64,000 nt of DNA from Nitrospirota bacterium (GTDB taxonomy: Bacteria; Nitrospirota; UBA9217): the NCBI GenBank assembly GCA_963749655.1, contig CAVVOB010000015.1, positions 1 to 64,000 on the forward strand. The letters are read 5' to 3'. The notes below the pieces were generated by a model, which did no database searches, was not told the origin of the DNA, and saw nothing but the letters and a program-made list of their open reading frames with translations. Below, piece by piece: positions 10,989 through 23,600 of the stretch (positions are counted from its first letter, which is position 1; each line of letters starts with the position of its first letter). The position numbers were made by a program, and so were the translations under genes.

Positions 10989-13900
10989 CTACCAGTTCAG
11001 CAGTCCGATTGATTTTCTCAGGATCACCACGACGTCGTCGAGATTGATTTTCCCGTCAGGAGACGGAATCCCGTTCTTCAGCGGCGCCACGTCCCCATGG
11101 GCGAGGTCGGAGGCTGACGGCGACTGGAGACCCGACACTATGCTCAGCGCCTTCAGCGCATCGCTCACATCAACGCCGTTTCCGTCAAAGTCTCCCGTAC
11201 TGTTATCCACGACGAAGGTCTGACTCGGCCCTGCCGCAGGGGCGACATTGCCCGCGCTGTCGCTGGCTGTATTTGCCGCGATCGTTATGCCGAGCGTCCC
11301 CTTATAGCCGGTGATCTGCGCCACCGATACCGTTCTGGTGACGTTGCCGGAGCCTGAAACGGTGACGATGCCGCTTGCGCTGTCCGTCGCATTGACGGCC
11401 ACATCTTCCGTTCTCAGCGTGACGGTATCGGCACCGATATAGGTGATGGTATATATGACCGCTGTACTGTTATCGGCGGTCGACACGGACGGTGCGCTGA
11501 TGACGACGGCCGGCGCCGTGATGTCGATCGTGATCGCAAAGCTGCCCGCAGACGACCAGTTGCCGGCGTTGTCCCATTCCTGGACGTACAGAACGTGAGA
11601 TCCCTCCGGAAGCGCTGTAGCGGGTGCATAGCTTGTCCCGGTCGTTGTGGTTGCGCCGCTGCTGAGATCGGCGCTGTTGAGCTTGAAGCGATAGGTCCCG
11701 TTGCCGCCTCCTCCCGAGGCCCATGTCCAGAGCGGCACGGTATTGTTCGTCGGCGTCGCACCGGATACGGCAGGTGCATTCGGCGCCGTCGTATCGATCA
11801 TCCAGGAATAGGCGGCAGACGTGGGATCGGTGTTTCCTGCCGTGTCCGTGGCCCGGACATCGAACGTGTGGGTCTGGTTTCCGGCAAGACTGCTGTACGT
11901 TGCAGGGCTTGTACAGGCCGTGTATGCGCCTCCATCGATCCGGCACTCGAAGGTCGAACCGGCTTCGTTTGCGCTAAAGGAGAAGCTTGCGCTCGTCTGG
12001 TCCGTCGGATTGACCGGTTCATCGGTTATGGACGTATCCGGCGCCGTGGTATCGATCATCCAGGAATAAGTGGCAGGCGTGGGATCGGTGTTTCCTGCCG
12101 TGTCCGTGGCCCGGACGTCGAAGGTGTGGGTCTGTCCCGCGGCCAGGCTGCTGTACGTTGCCGGGCTTGAACAGGCTGAGTACCCGCCGCCGTCGATCCG
12201 GCATTCGAAGGTCGAACCCGCCTTGGTGACGCTGAAGGTGAAGCTGGCTCCGGTCTGGTTCGTCGGATTCAGCGGCTTGCCGGTAATGGACGTGTCCGGC
12301 GCTGCGGTGTCGATCAGCCACGAATAGCTCGCCGGCGTGTCATCAATGTTCCCTGCCGTGTCCGTTGACCGGACGGAGAAGGTATGGGTCTGGCCCGCGG
12401 AAAGACTGCTGTAGGTCTTGGGGCTGGTGCAGGACGAATACCCTGCGGCATCCATCTGGCACTCGAAGGTCGAGCCGGCTTCCGACGAGCTGAAGGTGAA
12501 GCTCGCGCTCTGCTGGTTCGACGGATTTACCGGTTGACCTGTGATCGATGTATTGGGAGCCGTGGTGTCGATCACCCATGAATAGGAAGCAGGCGATGCG
12601 TCAGTGTTCCCGGCCGCGTCAATGGCCCGGACTGAGAAGGTGTGGGTCTGACCGGTGGTAAGGCTGGAGTACGTCTTGGGGCTGGTGCAGGACGAATACC
12701 CTGCGGCATCCATCTGGCACTCGAAGGTCGAACCGGCTTCCGTCGAGGTGAAGGTGAAGCTGGCGCCCTGTTGATTCGTCGGGTTCACCGGCTGGCTGGA
12801 GATCGACGTATCAGGAGCAGTCGAGTCGTAGGTAATGGAAAGCGACCCGGCCCCGTTCCCGTTGCCTGCGGAGTCATGGGCGGCGTCTGCGGCTATGGAG
12901 ACGGACACCAGACTGTTGAGGGACGGTATGACGGTAAAGGAATAGGATTTGTTGTTGCCGGTAAAGGAACCAACAGACATTGAGCCGTTCGTAATGCTCA
13001 CATCCGCCGCCGTGAAGTCTGCGACCGATTTACTGAAGGCAACGTCGATCGGGATCGGCGATATTCTCGTCGGATCGGGAGCGGTCGTTGATATCGTCAT
13101 CCCGAGGGCCGAGGTATCGATCAGCCATGAGTACGTTGCAGACGTACCATCGGTGTTCCCCGCCGCGTCCGTTGCCCGGACGTCGAAGGTATGGGTCATC
13201 CCCGAGCCGAGACCGCTGTAGGTCTTGGGGCCGGTGCAGGACGAATACCCTGCGCCATCCATCTGGCACTCGAAAGTCGAGCCCGCCTCGGAGGAGCTGA
13301 AGGTGAAGCTCGCGCCCGTCTGGTTCGTCGGGTTCGCAGGCTGGCTGGTGATGGACGTGTTGGGAGCAGTCGTATCGATCACCCAGATAGAGGTAGCCGG
13401 TGTTGCATCGGTGTTCCCTGCCGTGTCAGTGGCCCGGACATCGAAGGTATGGGTCTGGCCTGCAGACAGGCTGCTGTAGGTCTTGGGGCTCGTGCAGGAC
13501 CCGTAGGTGCCGTTGTCGATCCGGCACTCGAAGGTCGAGCCGGCCTCGGTGGAGCTGAAGGTGAAGCTCGCGCCCTGCTGGTTCGTCGGGTTCGCAGGCT
13601 GGCTCGTGATGGACGTGTTGGGAGCAGTCGAGTCGATCAGCCACGAGTAAGCTGCGGGCGAGGGATCGGTGTTTCCTGCAGGGTCGATAGCCCGGACGTT
13701 GAACGTATGCGTTGCGTTGCTTGCCAAGTTATACACTGCCGGGCTGGTGCAGGACGAATACCCTGCGCCGTCCATCTGGCACTCGAAGGTCGATCCTGCT
13801 TCGGTCGAGCTGAAGGTGAAGCTCGCGCTCTGCTGGTTCGTCGGGTTAACCGGCTGGCCGGTAATCGACGTATCAGGAGCCGTTGTGTCGATCAGCCAGG

Positions 13901-16900
13901 AGTACGCTGCAGACGATGCATCGGTGTTTCCTGCCGCGTCCGTGGCCCGGACATCGAAGGTATGGGTCTGGCCTACGGCCAGGCTGCTGTAGGTCTTGGG
14001 GCTCGTGCACGATGAGTACCCGCCGTTGTCCATCTGGCACTCGAAAGTCGAGCCCGCCTCGGTCGCAGTAAAGGTGAAGCTCGCGCTCTGCTGGTTCGTC
14101 GGGTCAGCCGGTTTTACCGTAATTGAAGTATCCGGCGCAGTGGTATCGATCACCCACGAATAGGAAGCCGGCGACAGATCGGTGTTCCCGGCCGTGTCCG
14201 TTGACCGGACATCGAAGGTATGGGTGCCGTTGCTTGCCAGGCTATAGACTGCAGGGCTTGTGCAGATACCATACCCGCCGTTGTCCATCTGGCATTCAAA
14301 GGTCGATCCTGCTTCGGTCGCGGTGAAGGAGAAGCTGAAGTTCGTCTGGTTCGTCGGATTCGTCGGTTTTACCGTGATTGACGTGTCCGGCGCTGTCGTG
14401 TCGATCACCCATGAATAGGTCGCCGGTGCGGCATCGGTGTTCCCGGCAGCGTCCGTTGCCCGCACATCGAACGTATGGGTCTGGCCTGCGACGAGACTGA
14501 GGTACGTCGCGGGACTGGTGCAGGTCGAGTACCCGCCATTGTCCATCTGACATGCAAAGGTCGAACCTGCCTCGGTCGAAGTAAAGGAGAAGCCCGCGCT
14601 CGTCTGGTTCGACGGATTCGTCGGTTTTACGGTAATTGACGTGTCCGGCGCCGCGGTATCGATCACCCAGGAGTAGGTCGCAGGTGTGGGATCGGCGTTC
14701 CCGGCCGTGTCCGTTGACCGGACATCGAAGGTATGGGTCTGGCCCGCGGCAAGACTGGTGTAGGTCGCGGGGCTGGTGCAGGTCGCATACCCGGTGTTGT
14801 CGATCTGGCACTCGAAGGTCGATCCTGTCTTCGTTGCAGTAAAGGAGAAGCTTGCGTTTGTCTCGTTCGTCGGATTCGCCGGCTTCACGGTGATGGACGT
14901 ATCAGGAGCCGCTGTGTCGATCAGCCAGGAGTAGGTCGCCGGCGTGGCATCGGTGTTCCCGGCAGCGTCCGTTGCCCGCACATCGAACGTATGGGTCTGG
15001 CCTGCGACGAGACTGAGGTACGTCGCGGGACTGGTGCAGGTCGAGTACCCGCCATTGTCCATCTGGCATGCAAAGGTCGAACCTGCCTCGGTCGAAGTAA
15101 AGGAGAAGCCCGCGCTCGTCTGGTTCGACGGATTCGTCGGTTTTACGGTAATTGACGTGTCCGGCGCAGCAGTGTCGATCACCCACGAATAGGTCGCAGG
15201 CGTGGCATCGGTGTTCCCGGCCGTGTCCGTTGACCGGACATCGAAGGTATGGGTCTGGCCCGCGGCAAGGCTGCTGTAGGTCGCGGGGCTGGTGCAGGTC
15301 GCATACCCGGCGTTGTCGATCTGGCACTCGAAGGTCGATCCTGCTTCGGTTGTGGTAAAGGTGAAGTTTGCGTTTGTCTGGTTCGACGGATTCGCCGGCT
15401 TCACGGTTATTGAAGTATCCGGTGCGGTATTGTCGATCAGCCACGAGTACGTTGCAGGCGAGTCATCGGTAGTGCCCGACAGGTCGATCGCCCTTACCTG
15501 GAAGGTATGGGTCGCATTGCTGGCAAGACTGTTATAGGTCGCGGGGCTGGTGCAGGACGCGTACCCGCCATTGTCCATCTGACACTCGAACGTCCCCGGC
15601 TTATTGGACGAGAAGGAGAAGGCCGCTGTTGTCTGTCTCGTCGGGTTTGAAGGCTGACCGGTAATAGCTGTATCAGGCATCGTGGTGTCGACGAACCAGG
15701 AATAGGTTGCCGGCGTGAGATCGGTGTTCCCTGCGAGATCGGTGGACCGGACGTCAAAGGTGTGGGTTGCCGTGCTGGCAAGGTCCGTATAGAGCGCAGG
15801 ATTGGTGCAGGACGCGTATCCGCCTCCGTCAATCTGGCATTCAAAGGTCGATCCTGCTTCCGTGCTCGTGAAGGAGAAGCTGGCATTCGTGCTGTTTGCA
15901 GGGTTCGTCGGCTTGTTGGTGATGGACGTATCAGGCGGCGTGGCGTCGATCACCCACGAATAGGACGCAGGCGTGGCATCGGCGTTTCCTGCAAGGTCGA
16001 TCGCCCGCACCATGAACGTGTGGGTCGCATCGCTGGCAAGACCGGGGTAAGCCGCCGGACTGGCGCAGGCCCCGTAACCTCCGTTGTCCATCCGGCATTC
16101 GAAGATCGATCCCGCTTCGCTCGATGTAAAGGAGAAGCTGGCGTTCGCCTGGTTCGTCGGATTCGCCGGCTGACCGGTTATGGTCGTGCTGGGCGCTGTA
16201 GTGTCGTTGCGCAGCGTTGTCACGTATGCGCCGTTTGCAGCCGTGAACAGGGCGTACTGCACGCCTTTGATGACGGACATCGTAAAGGAGACCGGACTCC
16301 CGGTACGGGTCATGGTTTCGATCTCTTTGCCGGTTTGTACGGGGATCATGGCGGTCAATCCGTTCGAACCCGCCCCACTGGTCAGGGTGAATCCGAGTGT
16401 GCTGCCGTTCCAGCTGAGACCGCTCACGACTGATGAGTTGCGGCCATCAAGCCAGGTCAGCATCTGACGGGCGGAGACCACGGGGATGCCGCGTGCCCTG
16501 GCCGAACTGACGACCGTGTCGGAAACGACCGTCTCGACCGCATCGGTATGGGCATTGACGGTAAATATGCCGTAGTACCCTTCCGGACCGAGCGCCCGGT
16601 CGAGCAGGAGATCGATGGTATCGGGATACGTCTGGCCCGACTCGTCGGTCAGCTGCGTGGTCGCCTGGTATACGTCGATGAGATTGCCGTTCAGGTCGGT
16701 AAAGCGCATGGGCATGCCCGATCCGGTGAAGAACCCGGGACGGTCATCGACCCATGCAGGCGGCCAGTAATAGTAATTAGTGTCAAATCGTATTCCGTGG
16801 CCCAACTCCACGACCGGCATGGTCGCGTAATCGCTCCAGGTGACGCAATGCATCCGGCTCGAAACCGGCGTCGGGATGCCGGAGTACTTGGCAGCCCAGG

Positions 16901-19900
16901 CGCTTAGCTGGTCCGAGAAGAAGGACTCCAGGGTCGAAGGCGTCCAGTTGGCGCAGTTGCTGCCTATATTGGTGCTGATATGGGTGCCGATTTCGAAGCC
17001 CTCGGTTACATACGCCGACGCCTCGGAGTTGTCCATTTCGTTTTCGGGATAGATGTAGGAGGTGCTCCTGATGCATTCCCAGTTGTCTACCGAGCAGCCG
17101 GCGGGTCCCAGGGCCTGCTGCGCATCAAAGCGCCCCGCGGTACCTCCGGTACCATTATGGTCGTCGCCGCTCATGACCACCGCAGCGGCCAGGCCGCGCG
17201 GCAGATACCAGAACCGGGGCAGCGGTTTCTTGTCGCTGTTCATCCCGGTGATGAGGTTCACCAGCAGGCGCTGCTGCTCGTCGGCCTGCGGGATCGCCAC
17301 CTTGTTCAGATCGATCCAGTCAGGCTGGGGATCGGAGGCCGCGTTGCCGTAGAACATGTCGTCTGAACGGATGATGTTGAAGGAGTCGCCGTCGCGCTCC
17401 TGCCCGGCCCAGACGGGGTTGCCCTGACGGGTGTACACCACGGACCGGGCGAGGTCGTAGGCAAAAGCCGCGGCCTTGCCGCCGTTCGACCCCACGCTCC
17501 TGAGCGTCACGGCGGGGCTCGCGGTCGCCGCGGCGGCGGTGGAATAGAGCGTTGCAAGGCTCTCAGCGCCGTTGAGGCTATAGAGGTCCGCCGTTCCGTG
17601 GTACTGGATCGTCTGGTCCACCAGGCCGGCGCCGGGCCCCGAGGACGTATTGAACAGAAGGTAGGCGTTGGTGAGGGTCGAGGGCAGCTCGGTCAACCCC
17701 AAAAGGTCGGCGAGCTTCTTGTCCGGACGCATGGCGATCAGGCGGCCTCCGGCCGTGACCCAGTCGCCGAACATCGTGGCCTGGCCGCTTGTAAGGGTCA
17801 TGTCGGCGAGGATTACCATATCAAAAGACGCCAGCACTGACGGCGTTATTGCCGCGATGTCGCTTGCCGTGAATTCGCTCAGTCCCTCGGCGCGCAGGAT
17901 CTCGGCGTAGTATGCGCTGAATGGGCTCGACGGGGAGGTAATGACCAGGACCGATCCGGTCGTGTCCACGAAAAGGCTCATGCTCCTGCTCGTTGTCTGG
18001 GGGGAATAGCTTGAGTCCGTGACCTGCACGGTAAAACTGAAAGTTCCGCCCGCAGTCGCCGTTCCGGAGAGGACTCCCGTCCCGTTGTTCAGGGACAGGC
18101 CTGCCGGCAGCGAGCCGCCGGAGATCGTCCAGGCATAGGGCGTTGTGCCGCCGCTCGCCGTCATTGACGCCGAATAAGGCTGATTCAGCACGGCGGTGTA
18201 GAGCGGCGGTACGGTTATCGTCAGGGGCATGGACGGTACGATGAGGGTCGCGGTGCCCGTGACGCTGCTGAGCGTCGCAGAAATCGTCGCCGATCCCGCA
18301 TTCACCGCCGTGGCAAGGCCGGCGGCGTTGATTGTTGCAACGTTCGTATCCGACGATTCCCAGGCCGCCGCAGCCGTTACGTCCTGGGTGCCGCCGTTGG
18401 AGTACATCCCGGTTGCAGAGAATTGCTGGGTGCTCCCTGCCGAGATCGTCTGGCTGGCCGGCGTTACCGCGATTGAAATGATCGACGGCGCCGGCGGTTC
18501 GGTCTCGCTGAACAGGACATCGGTCCAGTAGTTTCCCGAGTTCAAAGACTGCGTCGGGAAATTATCGCCGTAGATAAAAACGCCGTTGCCGCCGTCGACG
18601 CCCTCGGCAAGCGCGTGCAGCGGCAGCCGGTCGACGCCGATGGTGAAATAGTTTGCATTGACGGCGAAATACCCCAGCGAAGAATAGTAAGAGGCCACGT
18701 AGGTCGTATTCGGCGAAATAAGAACAGGAGTAACGAACGAAGCCTGCTGCCAGCCTGAAGAGCTCTCATTCGTAAAGGTAGTCCTTGCCAGCAGCGTGCC
18801 CGTGCTCGTCCACAGACTGCCGATATGGGTGCCGGTGTTCGAAGAACCCTTATAGAACCGCAGACCGGAGATGTAGCCGGTGTTGTCGGAACGGAACTTT
18901 ACTCCCACCGTGATCGCCTGATTGTCGGTTACCGCCGGGTTTTCCGGTGCTGCGGTGTCAGGCCAGATGGTGCAGTTCGACGTACATGCGGAGCCGAGCG
19001 CCACGCTCAGCGTGAAGGACCTTGAGGCTGTCTGCATCGGGATTCCTGAATCGGTCGCTCCGATGGTAACGCTGAAATCGCCGGTTACCGTCGGGGTCCC
19101 GGAGATGACGCCGGTGCCCGGGTTCAGGGACAGGCCCGTGGGCAGCGAGCCGGCGGTGACGGACCAGGTGAACGGCGCAGTTCCGCCGCTCGCCGCCATG
19201 GTGGAGGTATAGTAGACATTCTTCGTTGCAGCCGGCAGCGAGCTCGTGTCGATGCCGAGCGTGGCCGGGATCAGGGCGGCGTCCGCGGGATCTCTGCTGA
19301 TACAGTGCTTTTGCGGACTGATACCGGGTCTGGGCCTGACTCAGGCTGGTTGAAAAGAACGAGTTCCAGTCCCCGCCCGCCGACGTCTTCGTCAGCAGGT
19401 TGTCCGTCCACTGTACGAAGAAGTCCGCATCCGCAACGCTTGCGCGCACCGGTGCATTGTTCACGATCACGAAAACCGCCCCGGTATGGACCACATGACC
19501 GTTGGTGTCCATTCTGCGCGCTGCCAGCCAGCCGCTCTGCGCAAAATCGACGGTCGTGCTCAGACTGGAGGAAAGGGCTGCGGAAACCGAGGCCTGCCGG
19601 CCCGCAATGACGACGCCGTTCTTCACCAGCTCAACCGTGCCGGTCAGGTCCTGGTTCGCAGTCCAGGTGATCGTCACCGGCACGCTCCCGGCGGCCGCCA
19701 ATTTGATCTCATCACCGGGGGTCGCGCCGCCGTTTACCGTGAAATTGAGGAATTCATTGTGTCCGTTCCGCGAAACCACCGTCCGTCCCGAGGCAATGCC
19801 GTTGATCCAGTTGCGGTACGTGGCTTCTCCTCCCGCAACCTGAACGTAGGTCAGAAGCGATCCCGGATTCGCGCCGCCGTTGCAGGGATAATCGGTGCCT

Positions 19901-20595
19901 GCGGCAAAGCCGGGCCGGAAGCCCGTGTTGAGCAGGCGGTAGTATGCCTCTATGGCGGAATCGCCGCCGTTCATATCTTCCGCGATGAAGTCTGCCGAAC
20001 CCAGGGCGACTTCGACGGGGTATTCGAGCGGGGTGCAGCAGTCAAGGGCCTGCGGAATAGAGCCGTCCAGGAACTGCATATGCACGAAACCGGCGACGGC
20101 GCTGCGCTGGTGCGCCCATTCAAAGATCGGATAGGTGTATTCCTCCCAGACCTGGGTGACCGGGTACGTTTCGCTGGGAGAAATCCCCAGAGATACCACG
20201 TGCCCTCCCAGCGCCTGATGCGGATACGTGTCATACGTGGCGTCCCAGTGCCACTCCGCGTCCCAGTGCAGCGTAGCCGTCGGCGTTGAAACAAGCGCGT
20301 CGCTGCCGGTCACAAGAGGCAGGTCGGTCGCGGGGTCCCGGACCTCGCCGTTGCCCATATCGGCAAGCAGGGTCATGAATGACAGCGTATTGGGCGTCAT
20401 CCTGGTATACATGTCCGGGACCGATTCCGGAGCGGCGCCGCAGCTCCGATGGACATGCATGTCCCCTGCGTACCAGCCGGAAGCCTCCGGTCCTGCGGCA
20501 TACACCGCCCGAAGCGGACATATGCTGAAGACCAGCATCGTCACCATGCATACGATGATCGACGTACTATGTCCTTTACGCGAGGACCTATTCAT
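10989..20595 (-). CDS. giant secreted protein (~3200 aa): PHP/CehA-McbA-like metallohydrolase, Ig, DUF4082-like, Ig2, Ig, deacetylase-like domain, 16 Ig-like repeats, C-terminal dockerin-like domain; one frameshift near 19290
   Basis: GGAGG RBS before ATG 20595; signal peptide; GDMHVH, EWH, GHV, FVHM, GTDY motifs; GVKFRSD..GLRFYK..NYWTDV; GDDH..FEIGTH..RMH; joins ORFs 18958-20649 and 10989-19199. Confidence 0.82.
11790..16205 (-). repeat. array of 16 coding repeats of ~258 bp (86 aa), including a near-identical 516-bp two-unit duplication (~14345-14860 vs ~14861-15376)
   Basis: Sequence at 14461 recurs at 14977, and at 14581 recurs at 15097 (offset 516). Confidence 0.88.
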
Positions 20596-20697
20596 GATTA
20601 CACCTCCGGGCTGATTTGCGTGTTGTTCGCGCTGTGCAATGCAAGTCATCCTGAAACAGGATGAGCCGTGACTTAACCGCTGAAAGAATTTACCGCA

Positions 20698-23600
20698 TCA
20701 TGGCTGGAAAACCACATCCACCCAATAGTTATTCGTGCTCCAGGTCTGAGTCGGAAAGCCGTTGCCGTAGTAGTAAACGCCGTTGCCTCCGTCGGTGCCG
20801 TCGGCCAGGGCATGAAGCGGCGCGTTGTCGACAGCGGCGGAAAAATATCGCGATGTGAGGGCGAAGTATCCCGAAGGCGAATAGTAGGAGGCCACGTAGG
20901 TCGTATTCGCCGTGACTGCTACAGGACTGGAGAACAGGACCTGCTGCCAGCCCGAGGAAGTCTCGCCGGCAAAGGTTGCGGTCGCCAGCAGGGTGCCCGT
21001 CCTTGTCCAGAGAGAGCCGACATGAGTGCCCGTGTTCGCGGAACCTTTATAGAACCGCAAACCCGTGATATATCCGTTTACGTCGGACCGGAACTTGACG
21101 CCCACCGTAAGCGGCACACCGTCGCTGACGGCTGCGCTTGCAGGCGCGGCCATGGAGGACCAGATCGTGTATGGTCCTGCCGGTGCCGCTGTCGTCGTAA
21201 AGGTCCAAGTGTAATCGCTCGAGAGCGGATTGCCTGCCCGGTCTTTTGCGCCGTCTGTTCCCCCTTTGACCACGGCAGTGTAGAGCGCCCCTGCGTCAAG
21301 AGACGCGGACGGCGAAAGGGTCGCGGTTTTTGCGGCGGCGTCATATTGAACAATCGACGCCACCGCCGTGTTTTGCGGGCTGCGCAGCTGTACCGTGGTT
21401 GCCGTGATCGTGGCGGGATCCATGTCCTCGCTGAAAGACGCCGTCACCGAGGTCGAAGCACTGACGCCTGCCGCCCCCTGCAGAGGATGTACTCCCAGCA
21501 CAGTCGGCGGGGCAACGTCGCTGGCAAAGGACACCTGATAAGAGCCGGTTTCAGCTCCGAAAAACACGTAGGGTATGCCTTTCACCGTCTTCACGGAATA
21601 AGCCACAGCGCTGTTGTTGCGCGTTACGCCGGCAACGGTCTGATTCACCGGCACCGGGGCCATGGCGGTCAATCCGTTCGCGCCCGATCCCGCTGTCACG
21701 CTGAAATCCAGCGTGCTGCCGTTCCAGCTGAGCGACGTGAACGTCGACGCGCCGCGGCCGTCCAGCCAGGCAAGCATCTGGCGTGCAGAGACCACGGGGA
21801 TGCCGCGGGCCTTTGCGGAGTTGACGATAGCGTCCGATTCAACGGTCTCGGCCACGTCGGTGTGTGCATTGGCCGTAAATACGCCGTAGTACCCTTCCGG
21901 TCCCAGCGCCTTGTCGAGGAGCGTATCGATCGAATAGGGATAGGTCTGGCCGGATTCGTCGGTCAGCTGCGTGGTCGCCTGGTAAACATCGATGAGATTG
22001 CCGTTTATGTCGGTAAAGCGCATAGGGATGCCCGAGCCGGTGAAGAACCCGGGGCGGTCATCGACCCACGTCGGCGGCCAGTAATAATAATTGGTGTCAA
22101 GGCGTATGCCGTGGCCCAGTTCCACAGCCGGCATGGTTGCATAGTCGCTCCAGGCAATGCAGTGCACACGGCACGACACCGGCAACGGAACGGCGGAATA
22201 TTTCACAGCCCAGTCGTCAAGCTGGGTCGAGTAGAACATATCCAGCGAGAACGGAGTCCAGTTGGCGCAGTTGGTGCTGATGTGGGTGCCGATCTCGAAG
22301 CCCGCGGAGACATAAACCGAGGCCTGGGAATTGGTCAGGGCATTGTCAGGGAAGATATACGAAGTGCTCCTGATGCATTCCCAGTTGTCCACGGAACACC
22401 CGGAGGGACTCAGGGCAAGCTGCGTATCGAAGCGCCCTGCTGTCCCGTTGCCGTCATGGTCGTCGCCGCTCATGACTACTGCGGCGGCCAGGCCGCGAGG
22501 CAGATACCAGAAGCGCGGAAGCGGCTTTTTGTCGCTGTTCATCGTGATGATCAGGTTCGCCAGCAGCCGCTGCTGCTCGTCCGCCTGCGGGATCGCCACT
22601 TTGTTCAAATCGATCCAGTCGGGCTGATGGTCGAAGCTCGCATTGCCGTAGAACAGATCATCGGACCGGATGACGCCGAGGTATCTCCGTCCCGCTCCTG
22701 TCCTGACCAGGCAGGATTCCCCTGCCGGGTATACACCACGGAACGGGCAAGGTCGTAGGCAAAGGCCGCGGCACGGCCACCGTTCGTTCCCACACTCTTC
22801 AGCGTGACCGCGGGATTCGTGGTCGTGGTCGATGAAGTGGAATAGAGCGTTGCAAGGCTCTCCGCGCCGTTCAGGCTGTAGCGGTCTGCGGTGCCGTGGA
22901 ACTGGATCGTCTGGTCCACGAGTCCCGAGCCCGGTCCCGAGGAGGTCTTGAACAGGAGGTAGGCGTTGGCGAGCGTCGATCGAGGCATCGGTCAGTCCGA
23001 GCAGGCCGGCAAGCTTCTTGTCAGGCCGCATGGCGATCAGGTGACCGCCTGCGTTGACCCAGTCGCTCAGCATCGTGACCTGACCGTCGGTAAGCGCCAT
23101 CTCGCCCAGGATCGCAACGTCATAGGCCGTGAGTGCGGCCGGCGTCACGACCGAGATGTCGTTCGCCGTGAATTCGTTCATGCCCTCTGCACGCAGGATT
23201 CGGCATAATATCCGCTGAAAGGGTTCGAAGGCGACGTGATGATCAGGATCGGGCCGTTCTGTTCGATAAATACGCTGAAGCTCTTCGAGGTGGTCTGGGC
23301 CGGGGTGCCGGAATCGACGACCTGGGCGATGATATTCACGGTGCCGGCGCTTGTCGGCGTTCCGGAGATGGTCCCGGTGTACGCATTCAGGGACAGTCCA
23401 GCCGGGAGCGAGCCGCTTGCAACGGACCAGGTATAGGGAACCGTTCCGCCCTGGGCGGCCAGGGTCGAAGAATATGACATGTTCAGCGCGCCGTTGGCCA
23501 GCGACTGGGTCGTTATCGAGAGCGGAACCGACTGCACGGTCAGGCCGGTTCCGCCGGTGACTCCATTGAGCGCTGCCGAAATGGTGGCGCCGCCCGGAGA

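Noticed and set aside
4605-16205. Periodic repeats as a CRISPR array
   Set aside because: Period is ~255 bp, in-frame and protein-coding, with no unique spacers and no cas genes
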